From sequence record MN642089.1: a DNA stretch of 64,000 bases; one strand, given 5' to 3'. Both the position numbers and the translations under genes were made by a program. Below, piece by piece: positions 38,781 to 47,247 of the stretch (positions within the stretch are counted from its first letter, which is position 1; every line of letters begins with the position of its first letter). The notes beneath the pieces were generated by a model that saw only the letters and a program-made list of their open reading frames with translations, was not told the origin of the DNA and searched no databases. The DNA is from Klebsiella phage N1M2.

Positions 38781-39635
38781 ATGAAAACTATTTTAGCTAT
38801 TGTAATTATGCTGTTTTCTCTTTCTTCTTTTGCTGAGGTTGATTACAGTAAAGAAGCGATGGATGCTCGTTGTGGTGATGGCCAGGAAATGATCTATTGG
38901 AATAAGATCGCTAAGACAGGTGCCGAAGTTAAAGTGTGCTTGAATGGGGATATGGTTTCTGGTGGCTTCTATATGCCTGATGGTGATGATATGGTTTACA
39001 CCTCACCATTGATACTAACCCATGTTCAAGTAACCAAAGACTATGAAGCAGTGATCGTTCAGAACTTACCTATGGCTTTCCGCTTCCAGCATAAGTATGA
39101 TGGTCGTGCTGATTATGCATACTTATTCGACATGGGTACAGAATCTGAAAACTCCCGACCTGTTGCTCTGGATCCTACCTTAGCGTATTCTAATATCATT
39201 GGACTGCGTGAAGCTAAACGTGGAACCTTCAGTATCGACCCTGTAAAGCCTGTAGAGAAGAAAGTTAAGACTACCCAGGAGAATACTCAGATCAAAACTT
39301 CTGATGCGGTAGGTGATCGCTGTGCTCCTGGTGATATCGTATTCTACGGTAAAACTGTGAAGGGTAATAAAGAAGTACTGGTTTGTCGTTGGAATGATAA
39401 TGTCTTTTATCGCTTTGGTAAAATCGGTAAGAAACCAGATATGGATTTAAAAGAAGACATTTCTAATATTGGTGTTGCTAACGAACTGGTCAGCATTCCA
39501 AATGGAGATGTTTATTATCACACTGGTTATGAGGATGGGCGTGAAGTTCTGATTGTTTCCCGCGGTAAAGACACATTAGCAACGATCGATCTTGATCAAC
39601 GCAGTGTTGTAAATAATATCAAAGCTTTATTCTAA
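38781..39635 (+). CDS. secreted protein with internal two-fold repeat
   Basis: MKTILAIVIMLFSLSSFA is the signal peptide. Repeats DARCGDGQEMIYWNK..EVKVC and GDRCAPGDIVFYGK..EVLVC. Confidence 0.55.
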   Translation: MKTILAIVIMLFSLSSFAEVDYSKEAMDARCGDGQEMIYWNKIAKTGAEVKVCLNGDMVSGGFYMPDGDDMVYTSPLILTHVQVTKDYEAVIVQNLPMAFRFQHKYDGRADYAYLFDMGTESENSRPVALDPTLAYSNIIGLREAKRGTFSIDPVKPVEKKVKTTQENTQIKTSDAVGDRCAPGDIVFYGKTVKGNKEVLVCRWNDNVFYRFGKIGKKPDMDLKEDISNIGVANELVSIPNGDVYYHTGYEDGREVLIVSRGKDTLATIDLDQRSVVNNIKALF

Positions 39636-39643
39636 CATACTGA

Positions 39644-39672
39644 CTGAGTGTACCCTTAAAGGGTACACTCAG
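39644..39672 (+). terminator. hairpin CTGAGTGTACCC-TTAAA-GGGTACACTCAG + T-tract
   Basis: Perfect 12-bp stem followed by ctttatattctattttcttttttg. Confidence 0.7.
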
Positions 39673-39789
39673 CTTTATATTCTATTTTCTTTTTTGTTTC
39701 TGAGTTCATCTGCATTTCATTTTAAACCGATATTATTAACGTGAGTACTACGAGTACAATTTTTATAATACTTATAGGGGATTATAACG

Positions 39790-40416
39790 ATGGATCGAAA
39801 GCAAGTTTTAGTTAATATGCTCAACAAAGATCGTGCAGAAACAGTTAAACTCCTTAAAGAAAGGAAAGCTTCCGGGAATCTAATTGTTAATCCAAAGAAA
39901 GACAATTTAGGTAATGGGAAGTGGAAACGTATCGGCATCGTTACAGCAATTGCTGGGATCGTCTTTTGTGTGGGTGCCATACTTTATAAGAAAAATCAGT
40001 TTGATGGGATCGTTTCCGATATCACCAAGTCTCGTCAAGACAGGGGTGAGGGGACTGGCGGTTCAGTTATTACTGAATCTTTAAATACCTTATCTGAAGG
40101 CGAAGGTATGAAAGCCGGGATAGATGATATAGTTTATTCCGGGATAAAGGGTTTAGCTGTAGGCTCTGCCGTTGGCCTGAGCGCTGCGCTAGCAAGCGAT
40201 GGTGTTCGTGAATTAATGGGTGATGTAAAGAATATTACCTATTCTGATATTAAAGACATCAATATTGAAATTGTGGAGCGTGAATTCAGTAAATACCGCA
40301 CTTACATTATCAATAAGTATCGTCAGTTATGTAAAGAAGATTTACCTACGTTTACCGAACTAGAAGAAGGTATTAAGAAGCTTTCTTCTAAACCTATCTT
40401 ATTCACTAATTTATAA
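39790..40416 (+). CDS. membrane protein
   Basis: 208 aa with one TM (IGIVTAIAGIVFCVGAILY) and a Gly-rich segment. Confidence 0.5.
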   Translation: MDRKQVLVNMLNKDRAETVKLLKERKASGNLIVNPKKDNLGNGKWKRIGIVTAIAGIVFCVGAILYKKNQFDGIVSDITKSRQDRGEGTGGSVITESLNTLSEGEGMKAGIDDIVYSGIKGLAVGSAVGLSAALASDGVRELMGDVKNITYSDIKDINIEIVEREFSKYRTYIINKYRQLCKEDLPTFTELEEGIKKLSSKPILFTNL

Positions 40417-40431
40417 TAGAGAGATTCAATT

Positions 40432-40827
40432 ATGTTTAAATCTATTTGGAAAACTATTGTTAATGCAATCAAGGTTGCTAAAGCATTCATTACTGGCAAT
40501 GTCTGTAAAAACATGTCTAGCCCAGTAGTTAACTCTCGCGAAGATATGATTGTTGTCAATAAAGGCGACAAGCTTAAACTTCTGCCATGGTTATTAGGTC
40601 TGTATCGTAATAATGATTTTGATTCTAGCTATGCGTATGGCAAAGAGTTGAAAAAGAGAATGAGCATCGATATTGCTAGTTGCATGGCCACTGGTGTAAT
40701 CTGGTTCGCTGGGATGATGTTTAACCTCCCATTTAATACTGTTATCTTTATCATCATTTATGCTGCTAACTTGGCAAGATTGATGGTTCGTAATATGAAA
40801 TTGGCTCAAGCTGCTATTGATGCTTAA
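40432..40827 (+). CDS. membrane protein
   Basis: 131 aa. Hydrophobic C-terminal half. RBS tagagagattcaattATG. Confidence 0.45.
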   Translation: MFKSIWKTIVNAIKVAKAFITGNVCKNMSSPVVNSREDMIVVNKGDKLKLLPWLLGLYRNNDFDSSYAYGKELKKRMSIDIASCMATGVIWFAGMMFNLPFNTVIFIIIYAANLARLMVRNMKLAQAAIDA

Positions 40828-41055
40828 TTTCTATATTACACTAGGTACATGTAGTACAAGAAGGAAAGTTATATGAAGTATTAAAGTCCGCTATCACTAG
40901 ACGATAGCACAAACTAATATTATCAAACTTATTGAGGAATCTAGAACCGGTTTACTAACTGGTAGAATATTTTATCTTTTTCTTATTTAGTATTTATGGA
41001 TTAATATCCATAAGGGTGTTAAGCTTTAAATATTAACCACTATCAAGGATCTTAA

Positions 41056-41331
41056 ATGAAAGCATTATCTTACATTATACTTATCGGGATTATTGTCCTC
41101 CTTTATTCCGTTATGTGGAACCCAGGAGAAAGTGAGACCAGGGTACTTGAAGATCAAGGTTTGACTGAGGTACATGTTGATACCTTGAGTTTCTTTGGTT
41201 GTCCTGATGATCAGTATGGTTACAAGTTCGAAGCCACCAACCAAGCCGGTAAGAATGTGAAAGGGGTGATGTGTAAAAAACGGTGTATTCTTCGGTTCTT
41301 GGAATATCCGTTACTTCTAACGATCCTTTGA
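41056..41331 (+). CDS. small protein with N-terminal TM/signal segment
   Basis: MKALSYIILIGIIVLLYSV at the N-terminus. Confidence 0.35.
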   Translation: MKALSYIILIGIIVLLYSVMWNPGESETRVLEDQGLTEVHVDTLSFFGCPDDQYGYKFEATNQAGKNVKGVMCKKRCILRFLEYPLLLTIL

Positions 41332-41351
41332 CCCAAACAAAGGAGTTTATA

Positions 41352-41639
41352 ATGAAAAGATTAGGAGCACTTGCATTTGTAATAGCATTAACTTTACCTA
41401 CCGCAGCCATTGCTGAATTACACGGTTCTATCTTCTTTAGAGGAGAGATCGTAGAAGTCCCATGCTCTGGTGTCAATAATAACACCTCTGCATTGGTACA
41501 ATGTAATCGAAAAGGCGAAAGTCCTAAAACCTTGAATATCAATCTTACTTCTACCAAAGATCAGTATATCGATGGTGTTAAAGTAAATTCTGATAACATC
41601 GGTAAGGGACTGTATACTGTAACTTTAACCATCGCATAA
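41352..41639 (+). CDS. small secreted protein (start moved to ATG 41352, RBS AAGGAG)
   Basis: MKRLGALAFVIALTLPTAAIA|E is the predicted signal peptide. 95 aa. Confidence 0.5.
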   Translation: MKRLGALAFVIALTLPTAAIAELHGSIFFRGEIVEVPCSGVNNNTSALVQCNRKGESPKTLNINLTSTKDQYIDGVKVNSDNIGKGLYTVTLTIA

Positions 41640-41642
41640 ATC

Positions 41643-41676
41643 AAAGAGAGGCTTCCGAAAGGAGGTCTCTCTCTTT
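41643..41676 (+). terminator. hairpin AAAGAGAGGCTTCC-GAAA-GGAGGTCTCTCTTT + TTTT
   Basis: Imperfect 14-bp stem with a GNRA-like loop followed by a T-run. Confidence 0.6.
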
Positions 41677-41722
41677 TTGTACCTGAACATAAATAAATTG
41701 AAATCACTTAAGGAGTATAGAA

Positions 41723-42124
41723 ATGAAAGTAACTGTAGATTTAACCGCACCTGAATCTCACCCTACCTCTAAATTACCTAAAGCTTTGCGTGAGTTCTGG
41801 TATTTCAAAGATGGTGAAGAACTTCGCCGTTTGATCGACTATACTGGTTGCCCTAATACCGGTTGCCAACATGCACTCCGTGTTTGGGGCGAGCGCGCTG
41901 ATGTTACTGCATGGTTGGATTTGTTCCAAGAAACCTATCCCGAAACAGAGCCAGAGATCATGCTGATTAAAAGTAAGATTCGTCTAGCTTTCGTGCACGG
42001 CACTGGTTTGAATAAGCTGGGTGGGTTGACTGTTGATCTTAAAACCATTACCCGTCAGGTTGGGTATAATGGCGAGATCCTGACCCGCCCTTACTTCTGG
42101 GCCCCATTCTGGGAAGAACGTTAA
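41723..42124 (+). CDS. hypothetical protein
   Basis: 133 aa. RBS aaggagtatagaaATG. Confidence 0.5.
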   Translation: MKVTVDLTAPESHPTSKLPKALREFWYFKDGEELRRLIDYTGCPNTGCQHALRVWGERADVTAWLDLFQETYPETEPEIMLIKSKIRLAFVHGTGLNKLGGLTVDLKTITRQVGYNGEILTRPYFWAPFWEER

Positions 42125-42125
42125 T

Positions 42126-42410
42126 ATGGAATTCTTAAAAGACTTCTGTAGTCTTCGCCATGGCGATATAATGGATAAAGGTATGTTCTACCTTATCGTG
42201 ATCGTATTTTTACTTATATTGGCATTACCATTTATTATCATACATGATAAGATGGAAATGACTGATGCAAATTGTATTAAGACCACTCAATCCAGAGAAA
42301 ACTCTCATATTCAGTTTATCTATGGTGACAAAGGTCAGATCATAAGTGCATACCCTGTCACCACAACTGAATATCTATATACCTGCGACGATTACCCAAG
42401 GTGGCGTTAA
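42126..42410 (+). CDS. small membrane protein
   Basis: 94 aa with one TM (FYLIVIVFLLILALPFIIIH). Confidence 0.4.
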   Translation: MEFLKDFCSLRHGDIMDKGMFYLIVIVFLLILALPFIIIHDKMEMTDANCIKTTQSRENSHIQFIYGDKGQIISAYPVTTTEYLYTCDDYPRWR

Positions 42411-42411
42411 A

Positions 42412-42831
42412 GTGAAAAAGCAATTACATGTTAATGAAGTCATTGACAGACTTCGTGGTCCTGATGAGATTGTACCTGTTTCTATTAACTTTGAGGACGT
42501 CCTTAGTTATAAGGATTGTACTTATGGTGATGAAACTTCCATTGGTAAAACTTACATTAGGGTAATCAGCAGTGAACGTGGTTACTTAGTAACTGAAAAC
42601 TATAATACCGTAAGAAAGATGATGGAAGATCTTCGTTTAGAAGATCTGCGTCCTTGTTACCGTGTTAAGATCGGCTACCAGGTTCATTACGTTCCTAAGA
42701 ACGAAGTTGAACATATTGCCATTGATGAAGAGAACTCACATACAACTTTGATTCTCAAATCTGGCGATAAGATCAAGACTAATCAGACCATGATCGAACT
42801 TCGTGAATCCGCAATTGAAATCCCATTTTAA
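42412..42831 (+). CDS. hypothetical protein (GTG start with AAGGTGG RBS; ORF-track start 42346 overlaps the previous gene)
   Basis: The reading frame continues the ORF-track ORF 42346..42831. Coupled with the upstream stop. Confidence 0.4.
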   Translation: MKKQLHVNEVIDRLRGPDEIVPVSINFEDVLSYKDCTYGDETSIGKTYIRVISSERGYLVTENYNTVRKMMEDLRLEDLRPCYRVKIGYQVHYVPKNEVEHIAIDEENSHTTLILKSGDKIKTNQTMIELRESAIEIPF

Positions 42832-42995
42832 AGGTTAAGAAATGAAACAGACTAAAGGTGTTACTCGCCGAGATCTTATTGCTTTCTTCGCAGGTAGTGC
42901 CTTTAGTCCAAAGGCAAAGATCGAAGATTTAATAATTGATACCGTATTAGGTAAACAAGCTAGCACATTAATCAACTTTAGAAAGAGGTTCTTAA

Positions 42996-43766
42996 ATGGA
43001 AAGTAAAAACAAAGACTGGTTCAAATACGATACTTACTGGCGCCAATGGTCCCGTGTAATTTGTCGTGGTGGTGGAAACTATGATCACGAGATCAGTATT
43101 CCGCTGACCCCTATTAATGATGAAGCAAGTGAATGGTCTCAACTGTCAGAGATCCGCATACACCGCTTCGATGTTCGTTATGCTGCATTCCGCGATAAGA
43201 ATAAGTACACTCACGTACTTCCTGATTCGGTGGTGGAGAAAATGAAGGCTAACTTATCTGCTAATAAAATAGAAGTCCTTCTTCATTCAAACATCCTTCC
43301 GTTAATCGATTGGGATAAGTACATCGAACTGGGTGATTCTGAAATGTCGATAATCCATTGTTCTATGGAACAGACAGGTTTCTTTAACCAGTTGTATGCT
43401 GGAAGTAATTCGAAGGAAACCTTCCCAACTGCGGAACAGTTTAAACGTGAGTATGGAATCCATATTCCGGAAGACCACATTCTCTTAGGTGGGATTTATC
43501 ACCAACATGGTGATGATCATGTACGTTGTCATGGTGTTCATGATCTAGCCAATAACACTATTTCTTTTGAAGTATTGTTGGATGGTAAAGATTATACTAT
43601 AGCAACTCGTTTCTCAGGTCGTTTGGGCGATATCGAATCAACCTGGGATATGAAGTTATTGAACTTTATGCAATCATCCCCCTATATCAAAATAGAAACT
43701 TTTGATGCAGTATTGCAGATGGTTGCTAAAACAAATAACAATCTCAACGTTTTCAAAAAGAACTAA
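42996..43766 (+). CDS. hypothetical protein
   Basis: 256-aa ORF. Confidence 0.5.
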   Translation: MESKNKDWFKYDTYWRQWSRVICRGGGNYDHEISIPLTPINDEASEWSQLSEIRIHRFDVRYAAFRDKNKYTHVLPDSVVEKMKANLSANKIEVLLHSNILPLIDWDKYIELGDSEMSIIHCSMEQTGFFNQLYAGSNSKETFPTAEQFKREYGIHIPEDHILLGGIYHQHGDDHVRCHGVHDLANNTISFEVLLDGKDYTIATRFSGRLGDIESTWDMKLLNFMQSSPYIKIETFDAVLQMVAKTNNNLNVFKKN

Positions 43767-43776
43767 GGAATTTAGA

Positions 43777-44196
43777 ATGCAACATTATTTCATGTCCTAC
43801 GGTATTCTGGTTAACTTTGGTGAAGACCACTTTATTCATCAGGCCGCTATCTTCCATAATAGCACCATCACCACTGATGAAATGGATCTGGGTTTCAACC
43901 TGAATACCAATCGTGTCTCACCTATGGAAGTTGAACATCAGATCAAAGAGATCTCTGAAGTAGTTGGTGATCGTAAACGTTCATCGATCTTTGATCCTGA
44001 GTCATGTGTCCGTAATCTGGACAACCTGAACTGGGCTGGGTTCACTTATATTCATAAAGAGCACGATCAAGATCAACCAGTCATCATGTTTATCAATGAT
44101 GATAAATACGTTGATCTCAGTAAGTGGAAAGAGATTTCTACTGAACGTGCTTTGGCAACCATTAACAAATTTGCAGAACCAAAGGAAGAAGAATAA
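43777..44196 (+). CDS. hypothetical protein (start moved to ATG 43777, RBS AAGGAA)
   Basis: 139 aa. Confidence 0.45.
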   Translation: MQHYFMSYGILVNFGEDHFIHQAAIFHNSTITTDEMDLGFNLNTNRVSPMEVEHQIKEISEVVGDRKRSSIFDPESCVRNLDNLNWAGFTYIHKEHDQDQPVIMFINDDKYVDLSKWKEISTERALATINKFAEPKEEE

Positions 44197-44654
44197 TGGA
44201 ACTCAAATTCTTATTCGGTAATACACACTTAGTTAAAATCAATCATGACGATGTCAAAGAGAATGCTGAAATAAAACCAGCTATTCTTTTAACCCGTAAG
44301 GTTGATATTGTTCAACACTCTGATATGGCTAACCGTACTCAGTTCATGGGTGTGACTAATGGTGGATTCGTTCGTCGTTTCCGTAAACCATCTGGTTCTA
44401 TCTGGTATGGTGAATCAGTGTCATGCCGTGTCAGCACTGATGAATCCATGGAAAAGGTTTACCGTGCTTTGGTTGAGCAGAACAACTACTGGTATTTCGA
44501 ATTCGAAATGTACGGTGAAAAACACGCTATCTTTATGGCTTGTCCAGAAGGTTATTATCCATGCTCTATCATCTCTGGTATTGAATGGAAACCGTGTGAT
44601 CATAAAGAAATGTATGACATCATTTCAGTAGAAGACGAAGCCAACTGCTGGTAA
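44196..44654 (+). CDS. hypothetical protein
   Basis: 152 aa. TAATG overlap with the upstream gene. Confidence 0.5.
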   Translation: MELKFLFGNTHLVKINHDDVKENAEIKPAILLTRKVDIVQHSDMANRTQFMGVTNGGFVRRFRKPSGSIWYGESVSCRVSTDESMEKVYRALVEQNNYWYFEFEMYGEKHAIFMACPEGYYPCSIISGIEWKPCDHKEMYDIISVEDEANCW

Positions 44655-44674
44655 AAATTAAATACATGCATAAT

Positions 44675-44704
44675 CCCTACCTAGCCTTTGCGGGCTAGGT
44701 AGGG
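44675..44704. terminator. bidirectional hairpin CCCTACCTAGCC-TTTGCG-GGCTAGGTAGGG
   Basis: Perfect 12-bp stem between convergent genes. Confidence 0.65.
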
Positions 44705-44724
44705 TTAATAATGTTTAATTATTT

Positions 44725-45330
44725 TTATGCTATCGCTTTCAAATCTTCAATGAAGAACATCAAGCCCTGGGTTGGATCGATGTTTATTGCTTCAACAGTA
44801 AACGTGCCTGAATGTTTACCAGTTGGATCAATGGCGTCTAGTTTATTGGTAACGATCTTATCCCAATAAATATTACCCATTATTTTCATTACACCATCTG
44901 GATTACCTTGCTCCGCTTCTGAAACAACACCATACTTATTGCTATCAGTTAACAGTACAATACCGGCTTGTTGTGTTCCGGCTTTAACTGCTGCGATCAG
45001 ATCGTCTACTTTAGCATACTCAGTGACAGTTACTGAGAATTCTTCTAAGATAGGTTTGATGGTTACTTTTTCAACTTCGATATCTGCACGGAAGAAACCA
45101 GTCTTACGAGAAAGGAAGCAACAACGGACAATGCCACTGTTGAAAGAAACCGGAGGTTCGATCATCACATCTTCGTGACGTAAACCATCATAACGTTGTT
45201 TGGCTAAGTCTAACTCTGCGCTTGGACCCGCTGCCTCTAGTTTAGCGATACGATCAACCATAAACTTTCGGGCAGACAGGAACACAGGGTCATTTATCTT
45301 TTTGCTATTGATACCTGAAACAGTGATCAT
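44725..45330 (-). CDS. standalone paralog of the N-terminal ~200-aa domain of the 3375-aa giant protein
   Basis: INSKKINDPVFLSARKFMVDRIAKLEAAGPSAELDLAKQRYDGL...RKTGFFRADIEVEKV aligns with INKKCINDPLYTPVERFLKERIKRLEVEGPEDELALAKERYTGL...RKTGFARVDVDITRV. Confidence 0.6.
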   Translation of the reverse strand: MITVSGINSKKINDPVFLSARKFMVDRIAKLEAAGPSAELDLAKQRYDGLRHEDVMIEPPVSFNSGIVRCCFLSRKTGFFRADIEVEKVTIKPILEEFSVTVTEYAKVDDLIAAVKAGTQQAGIVLLTDSNKYGVVSEAEQGNPDGVMKIMGNIYWDKIVTNKLDAIDPTGKHSGTFTVEAINIDPTQGLMFFIEDLKAIA

Positions 45331-45396
45331 AATTGACTACCTATAAGGGGGAAAGTGTTAGAGTAATTACTCATTCCAAAAGATTCAAATAAAAAT

Positions 45397-45425
45397 AGAC
45401 AGATATTATCATTATGTACAGTTAA
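45397..45425 (+). promoter_or_regulatory. early promoter-like motif (AGACAGATATTATCATTATGTACAG)
   Basis: Motif-family member 25 bp upstream of 45450. Confidence 0.45.
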
Positions 45426-45449
45426 TAGTAATGTTAATAAGGAATCATT

Positions 45450-45905
45450 ATGACCCCACATGTTGGACCAGCCAGTATGCAAGAACATGAAACCGTAATA
45501 AAGGCTCTGTACGGTTCTATTGAAAAGATGCGTGAACATCCAACCTATCTGGAAGTTGTCAATCGCATTGAGTATTTAGAACGACTTAAAATCGATCTCT
45601 TTAACTTACTAGAGGAAGAAAAAGGTAATGTCCGTTGGTATAAACCTATCTCCTATTTGTCTTCTAAAATAGCAGACTTTGCTTATAAGTATACCGTGGA
45701 TAAACCTATCTCTGAAATCATCCATAAACTTAAAGCTCAGAAAGGGTTACCTGTGGGATTCGTAGTCGGTGAGCTTATTGAAGAAATGAATAAAGCTTTG
45801 TGCGTTATTCAGGACATGATCAAACACCGCAATAAACAATACTTCATTAACGACGACGTATATTTAAAAGAGGCTATTAAATGGAAAGAATCACAAAAAC
45901 GCTAA
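45450..45905 (+). CDS. hypothetical protein
   Basis: 151-aa ORF. Confidence 0.5.
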   Translation: MTPHVGPASMQEHETVIKALYGSIEKMREHPTYLEVVNRIEYLERLKIDLFNLLEEEKGNVRWYKPISYLSSKIADFAYKYTVDKPISEIIHKLKAQKGLPVGFVVGELIEEMNKALCVIQDMIKHRNKQYFINDDVYLKEAIKWKESQKR

Positions 45906-46285
45906 ATCATGGTCAGTATTACTATGAGTTAGCCAATGAATCATTTAAAGGTCTATCCAAAGAAATCGAAGATGGGTATGCTTACCTTTCTCGTTTATTT
46001 GGGTGGAAACTTTATCTCACCTGGAATGGCGTTAAGACTGCATTGATCCTAGCAAGGGTTAAAGGTTTTATCACCGAAGCAGGTAAGATGTTTGATGATC
46101 CAGAATCTGTAGTGGAGTATTCTTATTATGAAGACATGATCGAAATGGTGCGTGAGTACGACGATCTGTTAAATGAATACAAATCTGACATCATCAAACT
46201 TTTCGACATGGCTTACGATGATCGCAATGTTGATTCTGAAACCCGCTTTAAAGCACATACCTGGGGCGGTCGTGTCCTTAACTAA
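45881..46285 (+). CDS. hypothetical protein
   Basis: 134 aa. Overlaps the upstream gene by 25 nt. Confidence 0.45.
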   Translation: MERITKTLNHGQYYYELANESFKGLSKEIEDGYAYLSRLFGWKLYLTWNGVKTALILARVKGFITEAGKMFDDPESVVEYSYYEDMIEMVREYDDLLNEYKSDIIKLFDMAYDDRNVDSETRFKAHTWGGRVLN

Positions 46286-46296
46286 TAGGTGTAAAT

Positions 46297-46824
46297 ATGA
46301 ATACAGTATTCTGGTCCGATGGTCACGTGGATCACCTTCCTGCGGTTAAACAACGTGGCTTTGAAACTATCGAAGCATTTCAAGAGTATTACGCTGATAC
46401 TTGGTGTTCAACTGTCACTAAACGCACTAAGATTTTCTGCGTTGGTGATATGGCATTGACCCATCAAGGTTTGGTGTTCCTTAAGAAGCTTCCTGGTTAT
46501 AAACACCTTATCCTGGGGAACCATGATAAAGAACGTCAAAATGATATTCGGGATCTGATGGAAGTATTTGATGATATCGATGGTTTCTATAAACATAAGA
46601 AATCTCCGTTATACATCGCACACTGCCCTTCACACCCGTCCCAGTTACGTGGTCGTTTGATGGTACATGGACATACCCACATGCAAGTAATTCCTGACGA
46701 ACGTTACATTAACGTGTGTTTTGATTTGCTTCCTAACGGTCCTGTATCTATTGAAGATATTGTATCTGGTAAATATCGTTCATATAGGAAACCTGAAAAT
46801 GTTATCCAAACTGCAACGGCTTGA
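46297..46824 (+). CDS. calcineurin-like metallophosphoesterase
   Basis: Motifs GDMALTH, GNHDK and HGHTH typical of the metallophosphatase fold. 175 aa. Confidence 0.7.
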   Translation: MNTVFWSDGHVDHLPAVKQRGFETIEAFQEYYADTWCSTVTKRTKIFCVGDMALTHQGLVFLKKLPGYKHLILGNHDKERQNDIRDLMEVFDDIDGFYKHKKSPLYIAHCPSHPSQLRGRLMVHGHTHMQVIPDERYINVCFDLLPNGPVSIEDIVSGKYRSYRKPENVIQTATA

Positions 46825-47026
46825 TAAGTTTCTGGATACCGCATTTAAAATTATCTTTACAGTCAATGTAGTGCTGCTCGGGCTAAATTTATTTTGGCCC
46901 AAGGAAACTGCTCGCAATACCATCTTAATACTTTTACCAACTCTCGTGATCATCATGACGATACAAGCTGTATTAGGCTTTATCATCTCCAAGAAGAAGC
47001 GGAGGAGAACTTGGAAAGAACGTTAA
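46799..47026 (+). CDS. small membrane protein (start moved to ATG 46799)
   Basis: Two TM helices (FKIIFTVNVVLLGLNLFW, ILILLPTLVIIMTIQAVLGFII). RBS AGGAAA. Confidence 0.35.
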   Translation: MLSKLQRLDKFLDTAFKIIFTVNVVLLGLNLFWPKETARNTILILLPTLVIIMTIQAVLGFIISKKKRRRTWKER

Positions 47027-47247
47027 AGTTAACCTTCTTCATCATCTTGCTGATATTAACATTCGTTATCTTTAACGGTGTTGTCTTGCATTGTTATGGT
47101 GAAGAGTTTGACAAAGACTTATATAACTTCATTTGGAAGTTTAATCTTTGTTTGTCTTTATTCTTGGCGTACATCACGTACGCCTTCTTTAATATGTTAA
47201 TCGACTATCGTTACCCAACTGGAACTGAAGATGAAGACTTTGAATAA
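47011..47247 (+). CDS. small membrane protein (putative TTG start after GGAGGAG)
   Basis: Hydrophobic LKLTFFIILLILTFVIFNGVV segment. ORF-track N-terminal extension has no RBS. Confidence 0.3.
   Translation: MERTLKLTFFIILLILTFVIFNGVVLHCYGEEFDKDLYNFIWKFNLCLSLFLAYITYAFFNMLIDYRYPTGTEDEDFE

Noticed and set aside
41001-41025. Palindrome TATGGATTAATATCCATA in AT-rich gap as operator
   Set aside because: Single copy with short arms. Noted in a finding but not called as a feature.
41352-41639. Possible fimbrial or pilin subunit (GSIFFRGEIVEVPC resembles the FimA N-terminal motif)
   Set aside because: Mature protein is only about 75 aa. It lacks the C-terminal pilin beta-strand motif. Similarity is limited to one short motif.
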